Shown piece by piece: positions 18,457 to 27,277 of a stretch of 41,544 nt of DNA. The notes under the pieces were generated by a model. The model was given only the letters and a program-made list of their open reading frames with translations, ran no database searches and was not told the DNA's origin. Position 1 is the stretch's first letter, and every line of letters begins with the position of its first letter. Both the position numbers and the translations under genes were made by a program. Source of the stretch: Clostridia bacterium (GTDB taxonomy: Bacteria > Bacillota > Clostridia > Oscillospirales > CAG-382). The stretch is from the NCBI GenBank assembly GCA_017630915.1, contig JAGBUH010000115.1:1-41544 (forward strand). The letters run 5' to 3'.

Positions 18457-19407
18457 TTATTTGCCGAGTGAAGCTGCACCAATTATACCCGCATCATTTC
18501 CTAATTCTGCAACTTTTATAATAGTTTTCTTTTCGCAGAAACGCGAATACTGTTCTCTTTCAACAATTTCGCGAATGGGCGCAATAAGTTTTTCTCCTTG
18601 TTTGGAAATGCCTCCGCCTATGCTTAAAACCTCAGGCTGAAATATATTTATAAAAGTTGTTATTCCACTTGCCAAGTATTCAATATATTTATTATACACT
18701 TCAAAAGCGGATTGATCCTTTTCGAGCATAGCGTCAAAGACAGTTTTTCCATTCACGGCGTCAATATCACCATTGACTACCTTCCACAAAGCACTTTCTT
18801 TATCTTCAAGCATCTTTTCTTTTGTCTGCTTAATCAATCCCGTCGCGGATGCATAACATTCAAGACAGCCTCGTCTACCGCAAGAACAGTCTTCGCCGTC
18901 TTTAACTATAACGATATGTCCAAGTTCGGCACCCGAAAAATTAAAACCGGAATATACTTTGCCATCGATAATAATACCGCCACCAACACCTGTACCGATT
19001 GTAATGAACAGAGAATGTTTATATCCTTTTGCCGCGCCGTACGTTGCTTCGCCTTTTGCAGCGGCATTGGCATCATTGTCTATATAAATCTTTTTGATGC
19101 CGGTAAGTTCAGAAAGCTTTTGCGCTATTGGATAATTCAAAAAAGGCATCGTTGATGCATAAATAATAATGCCCTTTTCGTTATCAGCACTACCTGGCGA
19201 CGCAATACCTGCATATTCAATATCATCAACGGTAAGATTAGCATCGTTAATAACTTTAAGACATAACTTTGCCATATCGGTAATAATTCTATCACCGTCT
19301 TCATCGCGTACGGTCGGGCAAGTGTCTTTTATAAGAATTTTGCCGTTATCGTCGCACACCCCTGCTTTAATTGACATTCCGCCAAGATCTATCCCAAGAT
19401 AATACAT
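18457..19407 (-). CDS. glcK: ROK-family glucokinase
   Basis: GIDLGG, NDANAAAKGE, GTGVGGG, AELGH, CSCGRRGCLE; no HTH; start 19407 after GGAGA. Confidence 0.88.
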   Translation of the reverse strand: MYYLGIDLGGMSIKAGVCDDNGKILIKDTCPTVRDEDGDRIITDMAKLCLKVINDANLTVDDIEYAGIASPGSADNEKGIIIYASTMPFLNYPIAQKLSELTGIKKIYIDNDANAAAKGEATYGAAKGYKHSLFITIGTGVGGGIIIDGKVYSGFNFSGAELGHIVIVKDGEDCSCGRRGCLECYASATGLIKQTKEKMLEDKESALWKVVNGDIDAVNGKTVFDAMLEKDQSAFEVYNKYIEYLASGITTFINIFQPEVLSIGGGISKQGEKLIAPIREIVEREQYSRFCEKKTIIKVAELGNDAGIIGAASLGK

Positions 19408-19426
19408 ATTTTTTCTCCAAAAATAA

Positions 19427-20368
19427 TTATTCGAAACTTTTTGCCTGTTCTTGCAATCTTTTTTCAAATTCTGCTGCGGTATTGAATCCCATTTTCTTTT
19501 GGCGATGATTCATTGCCGCAATTTCTATAATTACAGCGAGGTTACGTCCCGGTTTCACGGGAACGGTTATAGAGGGAATTTTAATGCCTAAAATTTCGGT
19601 AAACTCGGAATCCAAACCGAAGCGGTCGTAAAGCTTTCCTTGCACCCAGTTTTCGAAGTTGATAATGAGGTCTATTTTTTCGGAGTCCTTAACCGAACCC
19701 ATACCGAATATACGGCGTACATCGACAATACCGATGCCTCGAAGTTCGATATAGTGTCTTATTAGTTCGGGAGCACTACCTACAAGTGAAATAGCGGATA
19801 CTTTTTTAATCTCAACTGCATCATCAGCGATCAATCTATGACCACGTTTTACAAGCTCGATTGCAGTTTCGCTTTTACCGATGCCGCTATCACCAAGTAT
19901 CAAAACACCTTCACCGTATACTTCGACAAGAACACCGTGTTGCGTTATACGTTCCGCCAACGAAACGTTTAATCCCGATGTAACCGCCGCCATTAGTTCG
20001 GAAGTTTGCTTTGTACTAGTAAACAAAGGTGTGTTGCTTAATTTTGCTTCTTCGAGCAATTCGGGAAATACTGTCAATGATGTTGTCACAATAACCGCTT
20101 TTACCGAACAAGCGAAGAATTTTTTTAGCGATTCGCGTCGTTCTTCATTGGAAAGCGACGCCAAGAAGCTATGCTCCATATTTCCGATAAGTTGAATACG
20201 TTCATTTTCAAAATTCGAAAAGAAACCTGCCAAAGGAAGTCCGGGACGGCTTAAATCCGAACGGAAAACAAGAATAGATTCATAGTTATCGGGAACATAA
20301 ACAATATCAAGATTATACTTTTCGGCAACTTCCGAAAGTTTTATACTATACGTTTTGCTTTGCATCAA
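19427..20368 (-). CDS. hprK: HPr kinase/phosphorylase
   Basis: RPGL, HGVLVEVYGEGVLILGDSGIGKSETA, LIADD, ELRGIGI, PVKPGRNLA. Confidence 0.97.
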   Translation of the reverse strand: MMQSKTYSIKLSEVAEKYNLDIVYVPDNYESILVFRSDLSRPGLPLAGFFSNFENERIQLIGNMEHSFLASLSNEERRESLKKFFACSVKAVIVTTSLTVFPELLEEAKLSNTPLFTSTKQTSELMAAVTSGLNVSLAERITQHGVLVEVYGEGVLILGDSGIGKSETAIELVKRGHRLIADDAVEIKKVSAISLVGSAPELIRHYIELRGIGIVDVRRIFGMGSVKDSEKIDLIINFENWVQGKLYDRFGLDSEFTEILGIKIPSITVPVKPGRNLAVIIEIAAMNHRQKKMGFNTAAEFEKRLQEQAKSFE

Positions 20369-21098
20369 TAATGTCTCCTATTTCCTCAGAAGAAGCATCT
20401 GCACTATTTTTCGATTTGTATGCAAGAGAACGATATGAGAAGTATCGTTGTAGGTTAAGAGCACCGAAGATTAACAATAAAATGGTTATAGGCGCAACAA
20501 TTGATATTACTGCAACCGCGTCGCTGTTGCCGAAAATGTTTGTCCAAATTTTAAAATATGCGTTTAACAGTTTAAAGAAAGCGTTCCCGAAGCCTTTTAA
20601 AATATTTACAACTCCATCACGTAAACCGCCGTCTTTTGAAAGTTCAAACGTTTTTTGTATAAAACCTTTGCCCTCATAGCCAACGCGTTCGAGAAAGCCA
20701 ATAGCAAAAATTTGGTATCCGCATACAACCGAACCGCAAATGGCAAAAAACAACATATACAACGCGCGCCAAAAATACGGTATTGAATTTTTTTTGTACG
20801 ATTCGGCAGACGGCGTAATAACACCATCATCTTTTGCAAAATAAGCCCAATTGCCAGAAAATGCAAAGGGTTTAATCCCCTCTTTTTCAAGGGATTTAAA
20901 ATACTTCATGGCGTCTTCGCTATTGGGCGAGAAACCAAGCTGTTGTATCGAATAATTGAATTTTTTGCCCTCGTGTTTTGTAAAAGTGTATTTAGAATCT
21001 TTTACACTTGTGAGAGAATAACCTTGCTCACCCATTGTATTAAGCCATTTTTCTTCACTGATTTTAGAAAAGAAAATTTTGAAAACAGAAGAATTCAT
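20346..21098 (-). CDS. DUF2812-domain membrane protein
   Basis: EEKWLNTMGEQGY..YTF N-terminal signature plus C-terminal TM helices; start 21098 after GGAGG. Confidence 0.7.
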   Translation of the reverse strand: MNSSVFKIFFSKISEEKWLNTMGEQGYSLTSVKDSKYTFTKHEGKKFNYSIQQLGFSPNSEDAMKYFKSLEKEGIKPFAFSGNWAYFAKDDGVITPSAESYKKNSIPYFWRALYMLFFAICGSVVCGYQIFAIGFLERVGYEGKGFIQKTFELSKDGGLRDGVVNILKGFGNAFFKLLNAYFKIWTNIFGNSDAVAVISIVAPITILLLIFGALNLQRYFSYRSLAYKSKNSADASSEEIGDIIDAKQNV

Positions 21099-21119
21099 AT
21101 AATCGCCTCCTATCTTATA

Positions 21120-21148
21120 ATTATAACCCAATAATATATAATTGTCAA
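21120..21148 (-). promoter_or_regulatory. sigma-A promoter of the DUF2812-hprK-glcK-lon-engB-lysA operon
   Basis: TTGACA-17 bp-TATAAT on the minus strand. Confidence 0.85.
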
Positions 21149-21182
21149 TCCAAAAACAATAAACATTTATTATAAAAAGCTA

Positions 21183-21211
21183 TTGAAAACTATCGGTTGA
21201 TGTGATATAAT
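21183..21211 (+). promoter_or_regulatory. sigma-A promoter (extended -10) of SRP RNA/dnaX
   Basis: TTGAAA(21183-21188)-17 bp-TATAAT(21206-21211) with upstream TG. Confidence 0.85.
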
Positions 21212-21230
21212 ACAAAAGAATGAGATATGA

Positions 21231-21507
21231 AATATGACCATACTGACCGGGGAGTTAGCGGTGCCTTGTACCCACAATCCGCTATAGTGGGGGTGAACAC
21301 CTATCGAGGGCACAGTTTGTGTCGTTGCGCCGAATGCACCTTGTTGAGAGGCGGGTCCTTGCGCAATTCGCACCTGCGAATTATGTCAGGTGGGGAACCA
21401 AGCAGCATTAAGCAGACCTGCGGATGTGCCGTAAGGGTGCCTGTCTTGAGAGGTAATTTCGGTTTCCGGGCGGAAGTTATGTTCGACATAGGGTGTATGG
21501 TCATATT
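21231..21507 (+). ncRNA. ffs: Signal recognition particle RNA, large (Alu-domain) bacterial type
   Basis: Alu-like GGGGAGTTAGCGGTGCCTTGTACCCACAATCCGCTATAG; helix 8 TCAGGTGG-GGAA-CCAAGCAGCA; closing helix AATATGACCATAC/GTATGGTCATATT; scr-dnaX-ybaB-recR synteny; exact ends approximate. Confidence 0.95.
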
Positions 21508-21545
21508 TTGTATCTCATAATTTTTAACATATGGAGGAATTCATT

Positions 21546-23069
21546 GTGTATCTTTCGCTATATAGAAAGTGGCGTCCGCGTACTTTTGATGAAATTTGCG
21601 GACAGGAACATATTACCTCCATTTTGAGAAAACAATGTGATACAAACAGAGTTTCGCATGCGTATCTCTTTTGTGGTACTCGCGGTACCGGTAAAACTTC
21701 TTCCGCGAAGATTTTAGCAAAAGCTGTCAACTGCGAGAATCCCATTAACGGCAATCCCTGTAATAACTGTTCATCCTGCAAAGCCATTGATTCTGGAAGC
21801 GCAACCGACGTTCTTGAAATCGATGCTGCAAGTAACAACAGAGTTGACAATGTGCGCGATTTGCGTGACGAAGTGGTATATCCCCCATCGGTATTAAAAA
21901 AGCGCGTTTATATCATCGATGAGGTTCATATGCTTACGGACAGCGCGTTCAACGCCCTGTTAAAAACACTTGAAGAACCGCCGGAATATGTTGTTTTTAT
22001 ACTCGCAACAACCGAAATCAATGAACTGCCGCCTACAATTATTTCAAGATGTATTCGATTTGATTTTTCGAGAATTGATACAGAGGCGGTTAATAAAAGG
22101 TTAGTATACGTTGCCGAACAAGAAGATATTCATCTTGCAGACGGCTCTGCCGAACTTTTGGCTCAACTTGCTGATGGTTCTATGCGTGATGCGTTATCGC
22201 TTTTGGAAGCCTGCTCCAACGGAAGCGTAGGTGAACTCACCACCGAAACGATACGTAACGTGTTAGGTCTTGCGGGTGACGAAACCATATATTCCCTGCT
22301 GTCTGCAATATCAGATAAAAACGTTCCTGTTGCCATGGATATCGTTGAACAAGTACACCGTTCTTCAAAAGATATTTCGGTATTTATTGATGATTTATCA
22401 TTAGCGGTACGAGATATAATTATAGAAAAGCAACTTGTTAAATTCGGAAAACGCGGAAAATTAAAATCCGAATATTTAAATGTATGCGAAAAATTCACTC
22501 CCGAACAATTATTTTATATAAGTTCGGTTCTTGAAGAAACTCAAAGTCGAATTTCGAGATATTCGGTGAATAAGCGTGTCGTTTTGGAAATGTCTGTAAT
22601 CAGAATGTGCGATAAAACGGTTTCTGACTCACCCAAAGCACTTGCAGCACGCATTTCCGAGCTTGAAAAAAGGTTAGCAGTTCTTTCTGCAACAGGTTTA
22701 AATAAAAATTTTATTGAAACCGAAAGTATAGTTGAAACTCCCGAAATAATAAAATCCGAGGAGAATGTTGCGACGAAGGATATCTCACATGAAAGAATAC
22801 CGTTTCCCAACATTTCAGAAATATACGAATTTATTTCGGACAACCCTTCCCTGCTTTCTTTTCTAAAAAAATCGAAAGTTTATTTGCAAGGCGACGTTGT
22901 AATAATAGCATCCGAGCAATTTACAATTGACATGATTAAAATTGAAAGCGGCAATATGCTTAACGATGCATTTGTTTCAACACTCGGCAAATCGGTAAAC
23001 ATAACTTTTGAAGAGGCGAAACAAGAAACAAAAAACGAAAGTCAAGTTTCATTCATGGATGAACTATGA
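21546..23069 (+). CDS. dnaX: DNA polymerase III subunit gamma/tau
   Basis: LYRKWRPRTF, GTRGTGKTS, zinc cysteines, IDEVHML, NALLKTLEEPP, GSMRDA; GTG 21546 after GGAGG is the likely start. Confidence 0.96.
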   Translation: MYLSLYRKWRPRTFDEICGQEHITSILRKQCDTNRVSHAYLFCGTRGTGKTSSAKILAKAVNCENPINGNPCNNCSSCKAIDSGSATDVLEIDAASNNRVDNVRDLRDEVVYPPSVLKKRVYIIDEVHMLTDSAFNALLKTLEEPPEYVVFILATTEINELPPTIISRCIRFDFSRIDTEAVNKRLVYVAEQEDIHLADGSAELLAQLADGSMRDALSLLEACSNGSVGELTTETIRNVLGLAGDETIYSLLSAISDKNVPVAMDIVEQVHRSSKDISVFIDDLSLAVRDIIIEKQLVKFGKRGKLKSEYLNVCEKFTPEQLFYISSVLEETQSRISRYSVNKRVVLEMSVIRMCDKTVSDSPKALAARISELEKRLAVLSATGLNKNFIETESIVETPEIIKSEENVATKDISHERIPFPNISEIYEFISDNPSLLSFLKKSKVYLQGDVVIIASEQFTIDMIKIESGNMLNDAFVSTLGKSVNITFEEAKQETKNESQVSFMDEL

Positions 23070-23095
23070 TAACGATATAATTAAGGAGAAACAAA

Positions 23096-23446
23096 GTGAA
23101 AGTAAGACTTCCCAAAGGTATGGGCGGCGGCCCTTCTGATATGAACTCCCTTATGCGTCAAGCACAAAGAATGCAAGAAGATATGGCGGCTAAACAAGCT
23201 GAATTGGAAGAAAAGGAATATGAAATCAGCGCAGGCGGCGGAGTAGTTAACGTTAAAATTAACGGAAAGAAAGAGATCTTATCTATTTCTATCGAACCCG
23301 AAATTATCGATCCCGACGATAAAGAAACTCTTGAAGATATATTGGTTGCCGCTGTAAACGAAGCGATTAAACGTGTAGAAGATACTAACTCCGACGAGAT
23401 GTCAAAAATCACCGGAAATATCCCCGGAATGAACGGTTTGTTTTAA
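23096..23446 (+). CDS. ybaB: YbaB/EbfC nucleoid-associated protein
   Basis: QAQRMQ, AGGGVV, DDKETLEDILVAAVNEA; dnaX-ybaB-recR order. Confidence 0.95.
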   Translation: MKVRLPKGMGGGPSDMNSLMRQAQRMQEDMAAKQAELEEKEYEISAGGGVVNVKINGKKEILSISIEPEIIDPDDKETLEDILVAAVNEAIKRVEDTNSDEMSKITGNIPGMNGLF

Positions 23447-23461
23447 TCGGAGGCTTTTTAT

Positions 23462-24049
23462 ATGACACCGTCACTCGAAAAACTCGTAAACAGTTTTGCT
23501 TCTTTACCCGGAATCGGCAGAAAGAGTGCCGCTCGCCTTGCTTATCGAGTTATCGAAATGAGCGAAGACGAAGTCAAAACATTTGTATCGTCAATAGTTG
23601 AAGCAAAAAAAAGTGTGCATCTTTGTTCGGTGTGTCAAGCATATTCTGAGGATGACGTATGTTCGGTTTGTTCTAATGAACATAGAAGTTTAGATACGAT
23701 TATTGTTGTCGAAGACAATAAAGCTCTTGAAGCTATTGAAGAAACGCATGAATATAACGGCAAATATCATGTGTTGCATGGTGTCATTTCTCCTGTTGAC
23801 GGAATCGGTCCCGAACAATTAAAAATCAAAGAATTACTTCACCGTTTAGATGATAATGTAAACGAGGTAATTATTGCCACGAACCCAAGCGTCGAAGGTG
23901 AAGCTACGGCTATGTATCTTGGAAGATTGATAAAGCCTTTTGAAAAAAAAGTAACGCGTCTTGCTTATGGTTTGCCCGTAGGCGGAACCTTGGAATATGC
24001 TGATTCCGTTACTTTGATGAAAGCAATTGAAGGCAGAACCGAAGTTTAA
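23462..24049 (+). CDS. recR: Recombination mediator RecR
   Basis: LPGIGRKSAARLA HhH, C4 zinc finger, YHVLHG, ATNPSVEGEATA Toprim domain. Confidence 0.97.
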   Translation: MTPSLEKLVNSFASLPGIGRKSAARLAYRVIEMSEDEVKTFVSSIVEAKKSVHLCSVCQAYSEDDVCSVCSNEHRSLDTIIVVEDNKALEAIEETHEYNGKYHVLHGVISPVDGIGPEQLKIKELLHRLDDNVNEVIIATNPSVEGEATAMYLGRLIKPFEKKVTRLAYGLPVGGTLEYADSVTLMKAIEGRTEV

Positions 24050-24055
24050 TTTAAT

Positions 24056-24097
24056 AAAAAATCAGCAGTAACAAATACTTGTTACTGCTGTTTTTTT
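24056..24097. terminator. Bidirectional intrinsic terminator
   Basis: CAGCAGTAACAA(24063-24074)/TTGTTACTGCTG(24079-24090) with A-tract and T-tract. Confidence 0.9.
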
Positions 24098-24099
24098 AA

Positions 24100-27000
24100 T
24101 TATTGAACTACATAAGATTTAAACGCAATACGTTTAAGCAAAAGAAAGTCAAATACATCTATTGTATCGTTTCTGTCGATATTACCTCTTGAATACTGAA
24201 CTTCATCAAATTGATATGTTTTGAAGCAATAACGTTTTAGCAAAAGGTAATCAAAAACGTCGATAACCTCATCGTCATTGATGTCTGCAAATTCTTTAAT
24301 TTTTGGATTGATTAAATGAGCATATTCGAGGGATTTGATAATTGGACGCAATTTAAAGATAGTGTCGGCGGCAGACAAATCGATGTTTGCAGAGTTGAGA
24401 ACATCTTGCAAATTATTCCATTCTGCTTCGCAGTATTCTTCTTTAACAAGGCTATTATAGATATCAATCCAACTTTCACATTCTTCCATGGCGACATCGT
24501 AGGTATATCCCCACAAAACAGTTGTATCGGAGCTGCCGAGCCAATACTCGCTAAATCCGTCAGGTTGAGCTTCTGCTTCGCAATAAATTTCTGTTAAATC
24601 AAAGCAACCGTTGAATGCATTTTGACCAATATTTGTTATAGATTTGGGAATAATTAGTGCGGCAATTTCAAGATTTTCGAAAGCATTGTTACGTATTTCT
24701 GTAACAGGTAATCCCATATAAACAGACGGAATTGTTACGTTGTTGTCTGTGCCTATATAACTGTCAATATAGCAATATGTTCCGTCTTCTCCTAATTTAT
24801 AAATGATACCATTTGTACCATGTTCCGGAACGGGATCGGGCGAAGTGTCGGTTGATTCTTTAACGGTTGCAGTTCCGTTAATACATGCACTATTGTCAGT
24901 AAGAACAACCTTGTCGAGAATCAATTTATCTCCAATTTTAAGCGCTCTGGCAACCGCTCTCGCTTCCCAATTTTCGTAAATTCCGTTATCGTCTTGCGGA
25001 CGGTCGCCAGCTGAATGAACAACTAATGCAATTTGCCCTTCTTTTAGATTCACGTTAGTATAGTCATGGTAAGGATTGTCAATAACACTGTTTACCGAAT
25101 AAACCATATCATTGATTCTATCAAGAATAATAGTTGTGGACCACATAGGATAGCAGGCATAATAAAAATCGTTAGAAGTAATAATTATGGTGTCTTCCCC
25201 ATAGATTATGCCGTTCACCGAATCAATATTAAATACAAAATCGTATACACTTATTTCTGGAATCTCCCATTCAGGTTCAGAGGAATCATCTGAGGATGTA
25301 TCATTGGATGATTCATTAGAAGAGGTATCTTCGGATACATCATCGGAAGATTCATCAGAAGAGGTATCTTCGGATACATCATCGGAAGATTCATCAGAAG
25401 AGGTATCTTCGGAGGACTCATCAGAGAAAACGTCATCCGAGGAGGTATCGCTTGAAATGTCTTCGGACACATCATCAGAGGATTCTTCAATAGAAGTGTC
25501 CTCGGAGATATCATCGCTTGAAACTTCGACAGAGGAATCATCGCTTGAAGTGTTTTCCGATATGCCATCAGAGGATTCTTCGGTAGAAGTGTCCTCGGAG
25601 ACATCATCGCTTGAAACTTCGACAGAGGAATCATCGCTTGAAGTGTTTTCCGATATGCCATCAGAGGATTCTTCGATAGAAGTGTCCTCGGAGACATCAT
25701 CAAAAGACTCGTCAGAAGAGGTGTGCTCGGAGGATTCTTCCGGCGGTGCAACCGAGGTTGGGTCATAAGTTACAATTGCGTATCCGCCGTTACCGTAAAA
25801 GAAATCCAACCCAACGTCATTATCATTCAATGCTGCTAAAATGCTATCGTTAGGAATATAAACACCGAAATCGTCATCTGCATCTTCGTTAGCGGTAAAG
25901 GTGAATTCAAATACAATAACATCGTCATCGGTAATAGAATCAAAGAATAGTGTCGAGGTTAAAACCGTAACATCAATAACTCCGTCATTTTCCGGAACCG
26001 CTTGAACCCCCTCCTTTAAATCAGCCGTTGTCAAATCTTTAAAGTTGCTCTTCACAATGACAAAACTTTCCCAATTGCCACCTAATTCATTGATATCAAT
26101 ACACACAAGAGAACCTTGGTCGCGTTCATTTATGTCATTTGTAAGCATTAGTTTCGTATTATCGTATTTGAACAAAAATTTAAGATAGTCAAGACCGTAC
26201 TCGGAAGTGATGTTGCGCACTGAAACAGTAATAACAATATCGTCGCCTGCTTTATAACTTTCAGGTGCGGTTATAACAAGATCAAACATAGGATTTTCAT
26301 TCGATGCGCCGACTAATCCAATAAGTTCATTTTCCAATTCTGGATTTACCGAAATATCAGAAGAAGTTTCGTCGCTTGAGTCGTTACTTGTATCGCTTGA
26401 TGTTTCACTTGATTCGTCACTTGAAGCATCAATAGAACTATCAGAAGATTCAGAAATAATATCCGAATCATCTAATGATCCGTCAGAAGAAATATCAGAA
26501 GAAATGTTCGACGATTGTTCGTCTGCGTCGCTTGAATCATCAAGGATTGACGTATCTTCGTTAATTATACAATAGCCTGCGTTTCCCTTAAATGTGGTAA
26601 AGCCACTATTGGTATTTACACCACCTTGAACACTACTATTAGGAATATAAATACCTACTTCGCCAGTTGCATCGTCATTTACTTTAAATGTAAATTCAAA
26701 AACAATAATATTGTCTTCTGTAATGGAATCAAATTCAATGCTTGTTGTTAAAATCGAAACATTAACAACGCCATCATTATACGGAACAGCTTGTACGCCT
26801 GCACGAAGTTCATCGGGAGTCAGTTCGGAATAATTGCTATGTATTTGGCCATAACTCTCCCAATTGCCACCCAAACTATTTATATCTATACAAACAAGAT
26901 TACCTTGGTTTCCCTCATCAATATCGTTTGTAATGAAGAGTTTAGTCGAATCATAATAAAAGTCAAAATAGACATAATCAATTGGAGCGTCATAGGCAAT

Positions 27001-27213
27001 ATTTACAACGCTGACAGTAACAGTAATATCGTCCCCCGCTCTATAATTTACAGGTCCTTCGATAAGTAAATCAAATTTTGAATCATCATTACGAACACCT
27101 ACTGATTCAATAAGTTCCTGTTCCAATTCAGAAGCCGAAGTGGCTAATAATGAGAACGAAACAAGAAGTGCTACCATAATGAAGGAAAGTACGCAAACAA
27201 GAATACGTTTCAT
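24100..27213 (-). CDS. Secreted scaffoldin-like protein: 2 cohesin-like domains, Ser/Asp linkers, unknown domain, BspA-type LRR, helical module, C-terminal dockerin
   Basis: Signal peptide; duplicated ~190-aa domain (aa ~29-218 and ~292-482; AGDDIxxTVSVxNI..YDxTKL..FEFTF); IPKSITNIGQNAFNGC LRR; dockerin duplication DINDDEVIDVFDYLLLKR/NIDRNDTIDVFDFLLLKR. Confidence 0.8.
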   Translation of the reverse strand: MKRILVCVLSFIMVALLVSFSLLATSASELEQELIESVGVRNDDSKFDLLIEGPVNYRAGDDITVTVSVVNIAYDAPIDYVYFDFYYDSTKLFITNDIDEGNQGNLVCIDINSLGGNWESYGQIHSNYSELTPDELRAGVQAVPYNDGVVNVSILTTSIEFDSITEDNIIVFEFTFKVNDDATGEVGIYIPNSSVQGGVNTNSGFTTFKGNAGYCIINEDTSILDDSSDADEQSSNISSDISSDGSLDDSDIISESSDSSIDASSDESSETSSDTSNDSSDETSSDISVNPELENELIGLVGASNENPMFDLVITAPESYKAGDDIVITVSVRNITSEYGLDYLKFLFKYDNTKLMLTNDINERDQGSLVCIDINELGGNWESFVIVKSNFKDLTTADLKEGVQAVPENDGVIDVTVLTSTLFFDSITDDDVIVFEFTFTANEDADDDFGVYIPNDSILAALNDNDVGLDFFYGNGGYAIVTYDPTSVAPPEESSEHTSSDESFDDVSEDTSIEESSDGISENTSSDDSSVEVSSDDVSEDTSTEESSDGISENTSSDDSSVEVSSDDISEDTSIEESSDDVSEDISSDTSSDDVFSDESSEDTSSDESSDDVSEDTSSDESSDDVSEDTSSNESSNDTSSDDSSEPEWEIPEISVYDFVFNIDSVNGIIYGEDTIIITSNDFYYACYPMWSTTIILDRINDMVYSVNSVIDNPYHDYTNVNLKEGQIALVVHSAGDRPQDDNGIYENWEARAVARALKIGDKLILDKVVLTDNSACINGTATVKESTDTSPDPVPEHGTNGIIYKLGEDGTYCYIDSYIGTDNNVTIPSVYMGLPVTEIRNNAFENLEIAALIIPKSITNIGQNAFNGCFDLTEIYCEAEAQPDGFSEYWLGSSDTTVLWGYTYDVAMEECESWIDIYNSLVKEEYCEAEWNNLQDVLNSANIDLSAADTIFKLRPIIKSLEYAHLINPKIKEFADINDDEVIDVFDYLLLKRYCFKTYQFDEVQYSRGNIDRNDTIDVFDFLLLKRIAFKSYVVQ
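25310..25413. repeat. 39-bp (13-aa) tandem repeat in the scaffoldin linker, about 2.7 copies
   Basis: GATTCATyAGAAGAGGTATCTTCGGA recurs at 25310, 25349 and 25388. Confidence 0.9.
25473..25701. repeat. 93-bp (31-aa) tandem repeat in the scaffoldin linker, about 2.4 copies
   Basis: GAGGATTCTTCrrTAGAAGTGTCCTCGGAGA recurs at 25478, 25571 and 25664; units are near-identical. Confidence 0.9.
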
Positions 27214-27243
27214 AATAACTCCTTGAATTTATAGTATATTTAT

Positions 27244-27272
27244 ATAATATCATTACTTTGTTCATAAGTCAA
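27244..27272 (-). promoter_or_regulatory. Candidate sigma-A promoter of the scaffoldin-like gene
   Basis: TTGACT-17 bp-TATTAT with extended TG on the minus strand. Confidence 0.65.
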
Positions 27273-27277
27273 GGAAG

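Noticed and set aside
21170-21520. Short ORFs 21170-21373, 21227-21520 and 21301-21504
   Set aside because: They overlap the SRP RNA gene
22665-22673. E. coli-type -1 frameshift site (A6G) in dnaX
   Set aside because: Phase is GAA AAA AGG, not A AAA AAG, and no stimulatory hairpin or SD is evident
25310-25701. CRISPR array
   Set aside because: Units are contiguous in-frame coding repeats without unique spacers, and no cas genes are present
25208-25768. 186-aa antisense Ser/Glu/Asp-rich ORF and 171-aa alternate-frame ORF
   Set aside because: Artefacts of the low-complexity linker repeat, which is stop-free in several frames
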